From Candidatus Poribacteria bacterium (lineage in GTDB: Bacteria > Poribacteria > WGA-4E > WGA-3G): 64,000 nucleotides of DNA. The notes under the pieces were generated by a model, which made no database searches, was not told where the DNA came from, and saw only the letters and a program-made list of their open reading frames with translations. Of the stretch, positions 19,734-30,188 are shown one piece after another. The translations under genes were made by a program, and so were the position numbers. The stretch is taken from assembly GCA_965198235.1 (NCBI GenBank), contig OZ240248.1, positions 2,432,001 through 2,496,000 of the forward strand, given 5' to 3'. Within the stretch, counting starts at the first letter, position 1. Every line of letters begins with the position of its first letter.

Positions 19734-20759
19734 ATGTATCGTGTCGGTATCATCGGATTGGGCAGTATCGCCTCCCGTTATTCAACGCCAAATGACCCTT
19801 ATCCCTATTGCCACACAGGCGGCATCCGTTTTTGTGAGACCACCGAATTGGTCGCAGTCGCGGACATGTCCCACGAACGCCAAACGGAGTTTCAACAGGT
19901 GTGGGGACCTGCTTTCCCAGATAATTCCATAAACTACTACGAAACGGATACACAGATGCTTGAAAGTGAAGATTTAGACATCGTTGCTGTCTGTGTGCGC
20001 GGACCGCATCATTTCGCGGTGATGCAAAACGTTTTGAAGGCGGACATAAAAGCCATCTTCCTTGAAAAACCAGCCGGATGTTCACTCGAAGAGGTTGACA
20101 CGATGACCGCAGGGGCTGACGCAAAAGGAATTCCTATTGTCGTGGACTACACACGGCACTGGGCACCACACCTCATCCATCTCCAATCGCTCATCAAGGA
20201 TGGACTCATCGGTGAGGTGCAAACCGTCATCGGTTATTGCGGCGGCGGTGTGCTCTCCTTCGCTATCCACACGACGGATATGATTTGCCAGTTTGCTGGC
20301 TATGATCCCGTTTCTGTGACTGGGTTCGTTGAGGGGGGTGGGGATGTGCCAGAGCCTTATGAACCTGAACCGGCGATTGTCGGCTCGACCATTCAATTTG
20401 AGAGTGGTGTTGTCGGTTTCCATGTCGGGAACCATGGAACACGTGGCGGATTCTCTGTTGATGTTCTCGGTAGTGAAGGCAGCGTTCAGGCAGGATTTTA
20501 TAGCGACACGACCGTCCATAAAGAAGGGAAGTTAGTTGATAATGCTACCCTCGATCTTCCTGAAAACGCCGGTCCGTTCGATGTCGCATATAAACAGATT
20601 ACCGATTACTTAGACGGCGGACCGTTACCCGATTGTGCCCGTGATGATTATACCGCTGTCAATGAAATTGGCTTTGCGACTATCGAAAGCGGCATAACCG
20701 GACAGACGGTCCGACTCCCGTGCCAGAACAGGAAACGGCTCATCTTCGCGAACGGCTAA
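19734..20759 (+). CDS. Gfo/Idh/MocA family oxidoreductase
   Basis: GIIGLGSIA Rossmann motif, FLEKPA. Confidence 0.9.
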   Translation: MYRVGIIGLGSIASRYSTPNDPYPYCHTGGIRFCETTELVAVADMSHERQTEFQQVWGPAFPDNSINYYETDTQMLESEDLDIVAVCVRGPHHFAVMQNVLKADIKAIFLEKPAGCSLEEVDTMTAGADAKGIPIVVDYTRHWAPHLIHLQSLIKDGLIGEVQTVIGYCGGGVLSFAIHTTDMICQFAGYDPVSVTGFVEGGGDVPEPYEPEPAIVGSTIQFESGVVGFHVGNHGTRGGFSVDVLGSEGSVQAGFYSDTTVHKEGKLVDNATLDLPENAGPFDVAYKQITDYLDGGPLPDCARDDYTAVNEIGFATIESGITGQTVRLPCQNRKRLIFANG

Positions 20760-20772
20760 CGCCGAGGTTTCT

Positions 20773-21534
20773 ATGGCATCTATATTCAAACTGGACAATT
20801 TATACCGGTTCTTTATGAGGGCATACCCCATCAAGTCTTATGGCACACCTCCTAACGCACCCCTTCACAAGGAATTAAACCGATGCCGTGTCGCGCTAAT
20901 TACAACTGCTGGATTACATCTCCAGGAACAAACGCCTTACGATGATAGGATTATAGGTGGAGATTGTTCATACCGAGAAATACCAAATACAATCGAGACA
21001 CAAGTTCTTGCTCTTGGGCATAGAAGTAAGGCTTTCGACTCAAGTGGCACAGAAAGTGATATAAACCTGGTATTTCCACTGGATCGATTTCGAGAATTAG
21101 AAAACGAACGTAAAGTCGGTTCACTCAACGATAGGCATTTCAGTTTCATGGGATCAATTACAAAACCGAAACTACTCATTGAAAAAACCGCACCTGAGGT
21201 TGCACAGATGCTGAAATCGGATGGTGTAGACGTTGCTTTCTTAACCCCTGTATGACCGATGTGCAATCAGTCTGTAGGATTGATACAACGTGCTGTTGAA
21301 GAAAGGGGAATATCGACTATCTCCATAACGCTTGATGAAAGCATAACGAAAAGGGTGAAACCACCACGGGCGTTATCAGTGCCGTATAGATTTGGTTATC
21401 CGCTTGGAGAGCCAAACAACCCATCACTGCAACACGCACTCATCGCTGAAGCACTCGCGCTCTTGGAGGACGAGACCCCACCTCCCATTCTTAAAAGTAG
21501 CAAACACACACCAAAGGAGAAAACACATGGATAG
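20773..21534 (+). CDS. GrdB/PrdB-like selenoprotein B; in-frame UGA (21253-21255) read as selenocysteine
   Basis: ORFs 20773..21255 and 21259..21534 are in the same frame: ...VAFLTPV-U-PMC-NQSVGLIQR. Family motifs VALITTAG, DINLVFPLDRFREL, FSFMG, PPRAL..P...GYPLG. Downstream hairpin cagtct-gta-ggattg. Confidence 0.85.
21265..21287 (+). promoter_or_regulatory. Putative bacterial SECIS hairpin
   Basis: at-cagtct-GTA-ggattg-at stem-loop with G-U pairs, starting about 10-13 nt after the UGA. Confidence 0.6.
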
Positions 21535-22588
21535 AGTCAAAGTTGGCGTTATCGGATGTGGCGGTATTTTCCGCGCGCTCCATGCCCCTTATTACCAAGA
21601 ACCGACGCGACGCGCAGACATCGTCGCAATCGCCGATGTCAATGAGGCATCTGCAAATGAGCAAGCAGACCGGTTTGGTGCCGATGCCTACACGGACTAC
21701 CGCGCGCTCCTCGACAGACAAGATATAGACGCTGTTGATGTCTGTGCCCATCCACGTCCACACCTTGAAATCACCCGTGCTGCCGCTGCTGCCGGCAAAC
21801 ACATCTTGATGGAGAAGCCGATGTGTTGTAACGTCGCGGAGGGTGAAGCAATGATCGCCGCCGCTGAAGATGCCGGTGTTCTCCTGATGGTCGCCTATAT
21901 GATGCGGTTCAACCCGGGTTACATGAAACTGAAGTCGTTATTGGACGATGGCACGCTCGGCACACTGCAGATGGCGTATTCCAATCAGGTCGGTTGGTTC
22001 TCACCGGAACGGCATCCGTGGCTCTTTGTGAAGGCAGAATCGGGCGGTATGTTAGTGGAGCAAGCCATTCACGAACTCGATATCTGGTTGTGGTTATACG
22101 GTCCCGCCTCCACTGTCTACGGGTTCACCAGTCATGTTCCGCTCGGTGGCACCTACCCACCTGCCGAACAAGCTGTGGAAAACAATGCCGTGCTGACCGT
22201 GCATTTCAAAAACGGTGGTGTCGGTATGATGATGAAGAGTTGGGCATCTGAGATTCGGAACAGCGGTAACGGTCTTGTCACCAGCAAAGGTTCTGCGACA
22301 TTGATTCAGAATGGACTCCGTTGGAAAACCCACGACATGGCAGAGGCGGAAGAGTTCACTGCGCCGGTGCCAGATGACGGCACCTACCGCAATGTGCCGG
22401 ATGCACATCGCCAACAGCGGTATTGGGGCATGGCAGCGAAAGGCACGAGCATCGACCATTGGCTCCAGTGCATCGCTGGTGAAGCAGAACCGACAACCCA
22501 CGGACGTATCGGCAGAGACGGTATCGAGTTGGCAGAGGCAACGTATCGTTCCTCCCAAATCGGCGCGCCGATTTCGTTGCCACTGTAG
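21527..22588 (+). CDS. Gfo/Idh/MocA family oxidoreductase
   Basis: GVIGCGG, LMEKPM, GGMLVEQAIHELD; ATG at 21527 after AGGAG, overlapping the upstream stop. Confidence 0.9.
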   Translation: MDRVKVGVIGCGGIFRALHAPYYQEPTRRADIVAIADVNEASANEQADRFGADAYTDYRALLDRQDIDAVDVCAHPRPHLEITRAAAAAGKHILMEKPMCCNVAEGEAMIAAAEDAGVLLMVAYMMRFNPGYMKLKSLLDDGTLGTLQMAYSNQVGWFSPERHPWLFVKAESGGMLVEQAIHELDIWLWLYGPASTVYGFTSHVPLGGTYPPAEQAVENNAVLTVHFKNGGVGMMMKSWASEIRNSGNGLVTSKGSATLIQNGLRWKTHDMAEAEEFTAPVPDDGTYRNVPDAHRQQRYWGMAAKGTSIDHWLQCIAGEAEPTTHGRIGRDGIELAEATYRSSQIGAPISLPL

Positions 22589-22639
22589 CTGTGTCTCCTT
22601 TTTTTGTAGAAACAATCCCACAATATCAGCCCATACGCT

Positions 22640-22664
22640 GTAGGGCGGACTTCACTATCCGCCC
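22640..22664. repeat. GTAG REP-like palindrome
   Basis: gtagggcgga-cttcacta-tccgccc. Confidence 0.65.
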
Positions 22665-22711
22665 CTTACTACCTAAAATTTGCTTTTCAAGCCAAAGAGG
22701 AGAGGGAAGCT

Positions 22712-23656
22712 ATGACTGCAGGAATCGTGTTGGTTTTAATGGGGCTTGCATCATCCCAAATTATTAGCAACAACATAATAGGAAGCATTGAAGTAACGCC
22801 GAGCATCGAAATCGTGGAGATACCGAGCGAGTTTTCTGCTTTCAGGCAAGTGGGCTGTAACAAATATGTCAACGTTTTCGGGATTCACATCTTCGCAAGC
22901 CTAACGACATCTGAAGATAAGCTCTCTCACGCCGCAGGAGTTTTGGCACAATACCTCGATAACGACGAAGACGGTGTTCCTGACAACACGCGGGTTCTCA
23001 GTCATCTGGTGAGCCGAAACGTCTTCATCATTATGCCCGGAACAGAGGCGGAGATGGAGGGGTTGGAAATGGATCTGGTAGCAGAGTCGGATTATCGATT
23101 TGGTCAAGACCTGTATGGCGAAGAAACCAAGCCGGATTTCCTTGTTGATGGCAAAATCAACGTCCCCGATGGCGGATACTACGACGGCGCTTTAGAGGAA
23201 ATTCTGCATCCTATTACACAACATGGTTATGCCAACGCTTACCCCGAGGTGTTCGGGGAGGAACGGGGGTCCATCTTAGCGAAGTGCATGGATGCCGCCC
23301 GTGGTGGATATTTCGAGCAAGTGCCACAAGGGGGTCCCAAGAGCGGGTATCCGGCAGAAGCTTGGTATCACTATACGGATGAAACCTGTGACTATGGTTG
23401 CATGGTTACGGAGTATATCTATTGGGCTTTGACATCGATATTGGGGACACAGGACTTTCCAGGACGACACGAGGCACTTGAAGTCGAATGGGAATTGAAT
23501 ACCAGAGAACGGGTTAGAACTGGGGATGCTGCAGTATATGCACTTCTGACAGACCCTCAGTACAAATTTCCGACCAAAGCACCGGATGGAAACTACAAAC
23601 CATCGGCGTTTCCCGTTACAGTTGTTCCTATCATCGCTATTAAAGATGAAGATTAA
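22712..23656 (+). CDS. Secreted hypothetical protein, possible zincin-like fold
   Basis: N-terminal hydrophobic segment; EEILH motif, C-DYGC..TEYIYWAL. Confidence 0.7.
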   Translation: MTAGIVLVLMGLASSQIISNNIIGSIEVTPSIEIVEIPSEFSAFRQVGCNKYVNVFGIHIFASLTTSEDKLSHAAGVLAQYLDNDEDGVPDNTRVLSHLVSRNVFIIMPGTEAEMEGLEMDLVAESDYRFGQDLYGEETKPDFLVDGKINVPDGGYYDGALEEILHPITQHGYANAYPEVFGEERGSILAKCMDAARGGYFEQVPQGGPKSGYPAEAWYHYTDETCDYGCMVTEYIYWALTSILGTQDFPGRHEALEVEWELNTRERVRTGDAAVYALLTDPQYKFPTKAPDGNYKPSAFPVTVVPIIAIKDED

Positions 23657-23776
23657 TGGGGGTAGTAGCACCTTATGAAACAACAGATCGCAGTGTTGCA
23701 GTAGGAGATAGAGGCACGCAAATAAGAATAACCAACCTGATTGCACGCCGCAATCGGAAATCAGAAGGCGTTCATA

Positions 23777-24955
23777 ATGAGAATTCGTTTTATGTTTCAC
23801 AAAGCCGTTTCTCTTTTTTGCTTTGTGGTTTTAATTTCTATGCACTTTGTGCATGAAGGCTATTCCCAAACGCAAATCGAACAAAGCGTTTCCTTAAAAG
23901 AGCAGCAGGAAGGTAGGACCCTATTGGTTGGTGCTGCAACACTATCTGGGCTTCTCCTCTACGGACCGGGGACAGCGCGCCTCCTTGAGATTGAATCAGG
24001 GAGTCAATTCGCTGGATTGGAACTACTCATTGGTGGCGGTTCTTTTATAGGTGCCCTTCAACTCACAAAAAATCATCGACTCGGTGTTGGACGATCCAAT
24101 TTAATCCTATCGGGCAGCTTCGCCGGGACCCTATATGGGTTCGGGGTGCCAGTGTTGTTTGAATCAGAGAATGACAAGGCTTACTTTGCTTCTGCGATGC
24201 TTGCTACGCCAATAGGGGGTCTGATTGCCCATAGACTTACTGCTCACAGATGGTTTAAAAAGGGTGAATCATATTTGATGACCAACGGCGGATTTGTGGG
24301 TGGATTGTACGGGCTTGCGGTTCCATATATCGCCAATATCGAAAATCTTGAAGATTGGACGCAAACCAAAATCTATGTTGTGTCCGCAATGGTTGGAGTC
24401 CCTATCGGGACATGGGCGACAACAAAGTTGATTTACAACAAACCGATTAATGAAGGGCGATCACATCTCATCTCCTTTGGCGGATTAGTTGGTAGTGCCT
24501 ATGCAAATGGAATTGTTTCCCTACTGGATATAGAATCATCGCGAGCCTATGTGTTAGCCTCCATGGTCGGCTTACCAACGGTAGCATATCTTGGCTATAA
24601 ATTGACGACTGCGGGTGAATACACACCCGGTAGGGCAGCTTTGATACAAATTGGCGCGTATGCGGGTGCTCTGTTTGGCAATGGGGTCGTTCTGCTGGCT
24701 GAGGCGGAAAGCCATAAACCTTATGTTGTCGCGAGTATGCTTGGATCAGCCGCTGGCATGTGGTTTGCACACCATTCTACACGAGGTTGGGGCGAGAAAA
24801 CTCCTTTTACGAGAAACGATCTCATACCTAAATCAGAAGAGTTCACCGTTTCCTTGCCTTCAATCGATAAATGGTTTACGCTCGGTTTGATGGCACTCCG
24901 TAAACCAGCTTTCATGGCTAATTTTCCTGTGGAATTGGTCCGAATCTCATTCTAA
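23777..24955 (+). CDS. Glycine-rich multi-helix membrane protein
   Basis: Signal-like N-terminus and repeated GGxxGxxYG hydrophobic hairpins. Confidence 0.7.
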   Translation: MRIRFMFHKAVSLFCFVVLISMHFVHEGYSQTQIEQSVSLKEQQEGRTLLVGAATLSGLLLYGPGTARLLEIESGSQFAGLELLIGGGSFIGALQLTKNHRLGVGRSNLILSGSFAGTLYGFGVPVLFESENDKAYFASAMLATPIGGLIAHRLTAHRWFKKGESYLMTNGGFVGGLYGLAVPYIANIENLEDWTQTKIYVVSAMVGVPIGTWATTKLIYNKPINEGRSHLISFGGLVGSAYANGIVSLLDIESSRAYVLASMVGLPTVAYLGYKLTTAGEYTPGRAALIQIGAYAGALFGNGVVLLAEAESHKPYVVASMLGSAAGMWFAHHSTRGWGEKTPFTRNDLIPKSEEFTVSLPSIDKWFTLGLMALRKPAFMANFPVELVRISF

Positions 24956-25071
24956 TCAAAACGGCAGGGTCATTTGGTTTCCAATGCGAATCCGAGTATA
25001 GAGAGGTTTCCAACCCTAATCGTTATACCGTGGGGTGAGATCTTCGTGCCTCACCCTTACAGCACGCACGT

Positions 25072-27813
25072 TCACATCGAAATCCCCAATAACCCCCGCG
25101 TCAACTGAAAATCCGTATTTCCTTTGCCGTGCAGTTTCGGGGTATACTGCCGCGAAGCCACCTCCACGATTAACGCTAATAGGTCGTCAACATTAGCAGA
25201 TGTCAAGTCCAGGTCTGCGCCGTAATTGGCTTGTGTTGCGGCATCTGTAGATATCTGAATCAGCGGCACCATCACATGCGATTGCAGAGGGGCACCGACG
25301 ATATGCGCAAGTGCCAGATCCACACCCGTCGCGCCTAAGCCTGTCAGCGTCTCCGTCTGTTGATCGGTAGGAGTCTCCATGATATGGAAGCCCGCCTTTT
25401 CAACCCGCTGTCCATACGCCAGTGTCGGCGTAATAGTTTTCGGCGTGTCTGTCAGAGAAACTACTGACGGTTTCCATTCCGCATTCGCTGGCACGACAAC
25501 CGTTCCACCTGCCGCGACAACTCTGTGCGTCAATTGCGTCAACGACTCCGAGACTTCTTCAATTATTGTCCCAGTTGATGTCACGGCGATGCAAAGGTGT
25601 TCTAATCCCGCATCAACAACTGGAACAGACGGTTTATTGGAAAGTTCGTCCGAGAACCAGGCTTGCACCTTGTCAATAACAGCATCAATTCCGCCATCCA
25701 ATTGCACGCTCGCCCAACCGTAGTGTTCCGGTGATATACCGAGTTTCTGGATCTCATGTCGGACGTGGTCGTTGTGGGTTTTCTCACAACCGTGTTCAAG
25801 GAGTAGACCGAGGGCAACCGTCGGATGCGTGAGGTGTCCAATCATCGTGCGGGTGTAAATCTCCTCGGAACGTCCACTGGAGACACCACATCCTTCCGTA
25901 TGCGGTAGCGCAACAAAGCGTGATATGCCTTGCTTTTCCCCGATTCTCCGCTCGTTGCAACGGTGCGCGATCATTTGTGCAATCTGACCCGAACAGAGGC
26001 TGGTCGGTAAAATCAGTCCCACCTGATCTGTGCGATATCCGACTTCTGTTTGGAGCGCACGGAATTGTAATTTTGGGGGGAGTCGCGATTCGGAGATCGC
26101 TCCTACCAGGGAGGTTTCAATCGGAATCGGTTCACCAGATTTCAATTCGGATTCTATCAAAAGTGGGTCTAAATCTACGGGACCCGTCTGCTTCCAATCG
26201 CGCCACAGTGAAACCTGGGAGTGTCCCGCTTTCTCCCCAACAGAACGTTCACCCGATGCGATGTCCACCGTCAAGTCAAGCATAGACTCACCGAGTTCTT
26301 CCATCGGTATGCCGTCAAGATACGCACCGGCATTCACGTCCATATCCTTGGAAAGCATTTCATATCGTCCGGTTGTGGTGACGATCTTGATTGTCGGCAC
26401 GAAGGGAAAATTGGTAATTGACCCGTTGCCTGTTACAAAGAAAATCATGTTGGAACCGGATGCCACCTGCCCGGCGATGCTTTCCAAATCGTTGCCGGGA
26501 CTGTCCATGAAATAGTAACCCGGTTTTTCCATGAGTTGACTGTAATCAATGACATGATCAAGGCAGACATCGGGATGCCGTTTCATTGCCGCGCCGATCG
26601 ATTTAATGGCGATGTTATAGAGTCCACGGAAGTTGTTGCCACCAGATGGATTCGCCTCTGTGGAGTGTCCGTGCCACGCGGCACGCTCCTTGAAACGTTC
26701 AATCGTCCTGAGGAACGTACGCGCTGTCGGTAGGTCACGGGCGTTCTGCAACACATAAGCCTCGGAGCCAATAAGTTCGTCGGTTTCTGCGAGGTTGGCA
26801 CACCCGCCATAACGGATGACCTCTTTCGCAACGTAAGCGGCGAGTGGATTGCCCGATACACCCGAAAACGCATCGGAACCGCCACACTGCAGGGCGATTT
26901 TGAGATGTTCCAGAGATTGCGAGGCGCGCGCGACGCTGTTCACGCTGTCCAGCCATCCGTTGATAATCTTCGCACCACTGGCTAAGTCTGTGTCGAAACT
27001 CCCCTGTAGTTGATAGAAGTGGTGGATGATGTCACCCAAATCATATCCTTCGCGCAGCATATACGCCTTGAGCATTTCGTTTGTAACCGCTTCAGTACCA
27101 TAGTCAACGAGCAGTATTGCACCGATGTTCGGATGGACGGTGAAACCTGCGAGCGTTCGGAGCAGCATATCAATGTTATTGGGAGTCTTGCTTTCACCCC
27201 CCTCGGTGTGCGTTACGGCAACAATACCGTCTATGTTCGGATAGGCTTCAGCACTCTCTGAACACATGTCGGCAAGTCTTCTCGCGAAGCCAGAGGTCCG
27301 TGCAGTCGTCCCCATAACGACGATGTAATTTCGCGTGCCAACGCCACGATTACCGGGACGTTGATAACCGAGGAAGGGACGTTCGTCCGCATGACGCGGC
27401 ACCTGTTTCCCTGAGCGGAATTCTGCTTCATCCAACGCATAGGGTGCCATTTTATCGCTGAAGTTAGGTGTCTCCAGCAATTCAAAGGGTAGGTTTCTAA
27501 TCGATAACGAATCGATCATCTTCTGATTGCACACGTAATCGCCGGGAGCGATGGAACGTGTGGCAAAACCGAAAGGTAGACCCCACGACAAGAGTGGCTC
27601 GGTTTCCGAAATCGATTGGACAGCGAACCGATGTCCTTCTAAAATAGTGTGCGATAGTTGAAGATGCTGCCCATCATAATGGATACCCGTACCACCCTCT
27701 AAGGTTTGTGTTGCGATGGCAACGTTATCGTCCGGCGAAGGCAGCCGTGCAACAGAGGTAAAATCATTTTTTAATTTACCTTGCGGTTCGGTCAAGTGGT
27801 TTGTGGTTTTCAT
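25072..27813 (-). CDS. UxaA/GarD-family sugar-acid dehydratase with SAF domain and duplicated dehydratase region
   Basis: DNVAIA, GHRFA, GVGTRNY, LQCGGSDAFSG..GNP, FVTGNG; second LPHTEGCG...HGCEK unit; start MKTTNH after GGAGGAG. Confidence 0.88.
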   Translation of the reverse strand: MKTTNHLTEPQGKLKNDFTSVARLPSPDDNVAIATQTLEGGTGIHYDGQHLQLSHTILEGHRFAVQSISETEPLLSWGLPFGFATRSIAPGDYVCNQKMIDSLSIRNLPFELLETPNFSDKMAPYALDEAEFRSGKQVPRHADERPFLGYQRPGNRGVGTRNYIVVMGTTARTSGFARRLADMCSESAEAYPNIDGIVAVTHTEGGESKTPNNIDMLLRTLAGFTVHPNIGAILLVDYGTEAVTNEMLKAYMLREGYDLGDIIHHFYQLQGSFDTDLASGAKIINGWLDSVNSVARASQSLEHLKIALQCGGSDAFSGVSGNPLAAYVAKEVIRYGGCANLAETDELIGSEAYVLQNARDLPTARTFLRTIERFKERAAWHGHSTEANPSGGNNFRGLYNIAIKSIGAAMKRHPDVCLDHVIDYSQLMEKPGYYFMDSPGNDLESIAGQVASGSNMIFFVTGNGSITNFPFVPTIKIVTTTGRYEMLSKDMDVNAGAYLDGIPMEELGESMLDLTVDIASGERSVGEKAGHSQVSLWRDWKQTGPVDLDPLLIESELKSGEPIPIETSLVGAISESRLPPKLQFRALQTEVGYRTDQVGLILPTSLCSGQIAQMIAHRCNERRIGEKQGISRFVALPHTEGCGVSSGRSEEIYTRTMIGHLTHPTVALGLLLEHGCEKTHNDHVRHEIQKLGISPEHYGWASVQLDGGIDAVIDKVQAWFSDELSNKPSVPVVDAGLEHLCIAVTSTGTIIEEVSESLTQLTHRVVAAGGTVVVPANAEWKPSVVSLTDTPKTITPTLAYGQRVEKAGFHIMETPTDQQTETLTGLGATGVDLALAHIVGAPLQSHVMVPLIQISTDAATQANYGADLDLTSANVDDLLALIVEVASRQYTPKLHGKGNTDFQLTRGLLGISM

Positions 27814-27830
27814 GTTCTCCTCCGTAGATT

Positions 27831-27928
27831 TGAAGAAACACCCAAGCAATACGCAGAAATACGCAGAAATCCACAGAAATACCCAAGCAAAAACCCCTAT
27901 CAAAAACACCCCTCCACTTCGTTACAGG
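27831..27928 (+). repeat. Array of 10-12 nt A/C-rich modules followed by the TCCACTTCGTTAC cassette
   Basis: gaaacacccaagc-aatacgcaga-aatacgcaga-aatccacaga-aatacccaagc-aaaaacccctatc-aaaaacaccc-ctccacttcgttacagg. Confidence 0.8.
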
Positions 27929-27979
27929 CTTGAGGCTTTGGATTTTAGGAAGGATTGCGGACATTTGTGTAGAAGAGAA

Positions 27980-28549
27980 TTAATAACGATAGATGCTAAC
28001 TTCGATTGCGTCCTGTTTCACCCATGGTAGGTCGATGTCAAACCAATGTGTTTCGGATTCATAACGCTCTCGGACATGCTCCAGATAATCCGCCATTGAT
28101 TCGGCACCGATACCGACGTTGTCCGCCACGACGGTTGCGGGATTCGTCAACTGCGATTCAATTGCCTGAAAACAGGGAAAGTAGTTGTTGAAATTGTTAT
28201 CGAGGAGCAGAAAGTCGACAGGGTCTTGAATGCTCTTGAGGACTTCTTGTGCATCACCGATGCGTGAGTCGACGAGGTCAGCCATTCCGGCGCGCTCGAA
28301 ATTCATTCGCGCTTGCGATGCACGATCAGCATCTATTTCAATCGTTATCAAGTGTCCGGTGCCGGCGGCTTTCAACACACGTAGCATCCAGAGTCCGGAA
28401 TAACCGATAGCGGTTCCACATTCGACAATGAGGGACGGTTTTGCCTTTTCAACGCAGGCGGCGAGAAATTTCGCCTTTTCTTCCCCCAACATCGGGATTC
28501 TCTCTTCTTTACACTGTGCCTCAACTTCTTGTAAAACTTGATCAAACAT
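27980..28549 (-). CDS. O-methyltransferase (class I SAM, YrrM/CCoAOMT-like)
   Basis: VECGTAIGYSG, ITIEID, VVADNV; start MFDQ after GGAGG. Confidence 0.88.
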   Translation of the reverse strand: MFDQVLQEVEAQCKEERIPMLGEEKAKFLAACVEKAKPSLIVECGTAIGYSGLWMLRVLKAAGTGHLITIEIDADRASQARMNFERAGMADLVDSRIGDAQEVLKSIQDPVDFLLLDNNFNNYFPCFQAIESQLTNPATVVADNVGIGAESMADYLEHVRERYESETHWFDIDLPWVKQDAIEVSIYRY

Positions 28550-28839
28550 GTAAACCTCCATCTGAAAGCGAGTGTTCCGTTCTGAAGTTGACATCTGTTA
28601 TATAGATATGCTAAATTTTTGTAAGAGTGTAATGCTTTATCAAAATAATCATACACGAAAACCCGCTTTGAGGTCAATTTTTTAACTATGGTCCCTCCGC
28701 TCTGATTGTTGCTGGCGAGGTTTCCTAATCTCGCTTATGAGAACAATCAGTTCAGAAGTCTCATAGTTAGAAATAAAAAATTTGCAACCAAATCTGAAGT
28801 TTGGTGTATATTATGGATAAGCACCTCCGGAGGGACCTG

Positions 28840-29439
28840 ATGCTTGACTTAGATAATGAATTAATGGAACGCTACCAAAAAGGGGATGAAGGCGCGTTTA
28901 CGCTTCTCGTACGCCGCCATCAGCAACCGCTCATTAATTTCATTGCTCGCTTCATCAATGATAGGGATAACGCCGAGGATTTGGCGCAGGAGACGTTCAT
29001 TCGCATGTTTAAAGCGGCAGACCGTTATGAACCCGGACGGGCGCATTTTAAAACGTGGATGTATCACATTGCCAAGAACCTCTGTAAAAATGAAATCCGA
29101 AATCGAGAACGGCGGGACAAATACAGAGTTGATAACGTTGTGAACAGCAGAAGTGATAGTAATAACGACACAGAAGAAATTGATTTGATTGCAAATGCAC
29201 CCGCGAATCCTGTTTTCCAACCGGAAGTGGAACTTGAACGCAAGGAATTACGCAACGCTATCCAAAAAGCGATCGCAGAATTACCAGAACAGTACAGACT
29301 CCCTCTCGTCTTACGGGACCTGCAGGGACTGAGTTACGACGAAATCAGTGAGGTATTGGAACTTCGGAGCGGGACAACGAAATCTCGCATCAACCGTGCC
29401 CGACTCATGCTTAAAGATAAGTTAAAACCGTTTTTTTAA
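28840..29439 (+). CDS. ECF RNA polymerase sigma factor (SigW/RpoE-like)
   Basis: AEDLAQETF, FKTWMYHIAKN, LSYDEIS...GTTKSRINRAR. Confidence 0.93.
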   Translation: MLDLDNELMERYQKGDEGAFTLLVRRHQQPLINFIARFINDRDNAEDLAQETFIRMFKAADRYEPGRAHFKTWMYHIAKNLCKNEIRNRERRDKYRVDNVVNSRSDSNNDTEEIDLIANAPANPVFQPEVELERKELRNAIQKAIAELPEQYRLPLVLRDLQGLSYDEISEVLELRSGTTKSRINRARLMLKDKLKPFF

Positions 29440-29488
29440 CTATGGTCCTCCTCTAATTTTAATAATTATCCAGTGTTCATAGGAGTCG

Positions 29489-30070
29489 TTGATGAACTGT
29501 CTACAGGCTGGGGAACATTTCTCCGATCATTTTGAGGACACACTTGATTATCAGACGTTGCAGGGCTTCCTCTCCCACCTCGCGGCGTGTGAGGCGTGTC
29601 AGCAGGAATATGCCAGATTTCAGGAATCTGTTAAGGCGGTCCAGCAGTTGCCACAGATTGAACCTTCACCCTACTTTATGCCAGCGTTGGTGCAACGGAT
29701 CTCCGAAGAACAGCACGAGATCGGCGGGGTTAAGGAAATAGCGACAACAGGTTGGAAGCAGTTGCTGGATGTATTTCGCCGTCCGGTATGGGCATTCAGT
29801 GGCATTCTGGCGTTAATTCTCGCCGTAACTGGCACCTATCTCTATCAAGACGGATTCCTGTTCGATCGAGACTCCGGTTCAACTGCGATAACATCTGAGT
29901 CTCAAGAAATACGAGTTGCGACCTCACCGGTAGGGACGCGGCGTGTCGTGGGAAACGGCAGTCAGCTTCTACCGGGCGGTGTTATCTCAACGCCGGTGCG
30001 CCCAATGCAGCAACATTACGTCTTAAAACAGGTGAGTTATACCAACGCGTCCACACGGGGTGGGCTTTAG
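29489..30070 (+). CDS. Zinc-finger (ZAS, zf-HC2) anti-sigma factor with transmembrane helix
   Basis: HLAACEAC (HxxxCxxC); single TM segment; directly after ECF sigma. Confidence 0.88.
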   Translation: MMNCLQAGEHFSDHFEDTLDYQTLQGFLSHLAACEACQQEYARFQESVKAVQQLPQIEPSPYFMPALVQRISEEQHEIGGVKEIATTGWKQLLDVFRRPVWAFSGILALILAVTGTYLYQDGFLFDRDSGSTAITSESQEIRVATSPVGTRRVVGNGSQLLPGGVISTPVRPMQQHYVLKQVSYTNASTRGGL

Positions 30071-30170
30071 AAAGTTTGCGAGTGTTCTAAAGTTAGACAG
30101 TTGATAGGTTGCTACAAACCTCACCACAAGTTTAGCGCACTTTGGAACTTTACGGACTTTAGCACACTTT
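30071..30170. repeat. Short tandem/inverted repeat (AAAGT.. / ..ACTTT units)
   Basis: aaagtt...ctaaagtt ... cacttt-ggaacttt-acggacttt-agcacacttt. Confidence 0.55.
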
Positions 30171-30188
30171 CCTTCAAGGAAGTAAAGC

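Noticed and set aside
21259-21534. Independent 91-aa gene
   Set aside because: No RBS, and in frame with the upstream ORF across a single UGA; better explained as Sec readthrough.
27814-27909. N-terminal extension MFLIGVFAWVFLWISAYF of ORF 25072..27909 as a signal peptide
   Set aside because: It is the antisense reading of the intergenic module array; the RBS supports a start at 27813.
27831-27912. Possible mini CRISPR array
   Set aside because: Units are 10-12 nt, contiguous, with no unique spacers, and there are no cas genes in the window.
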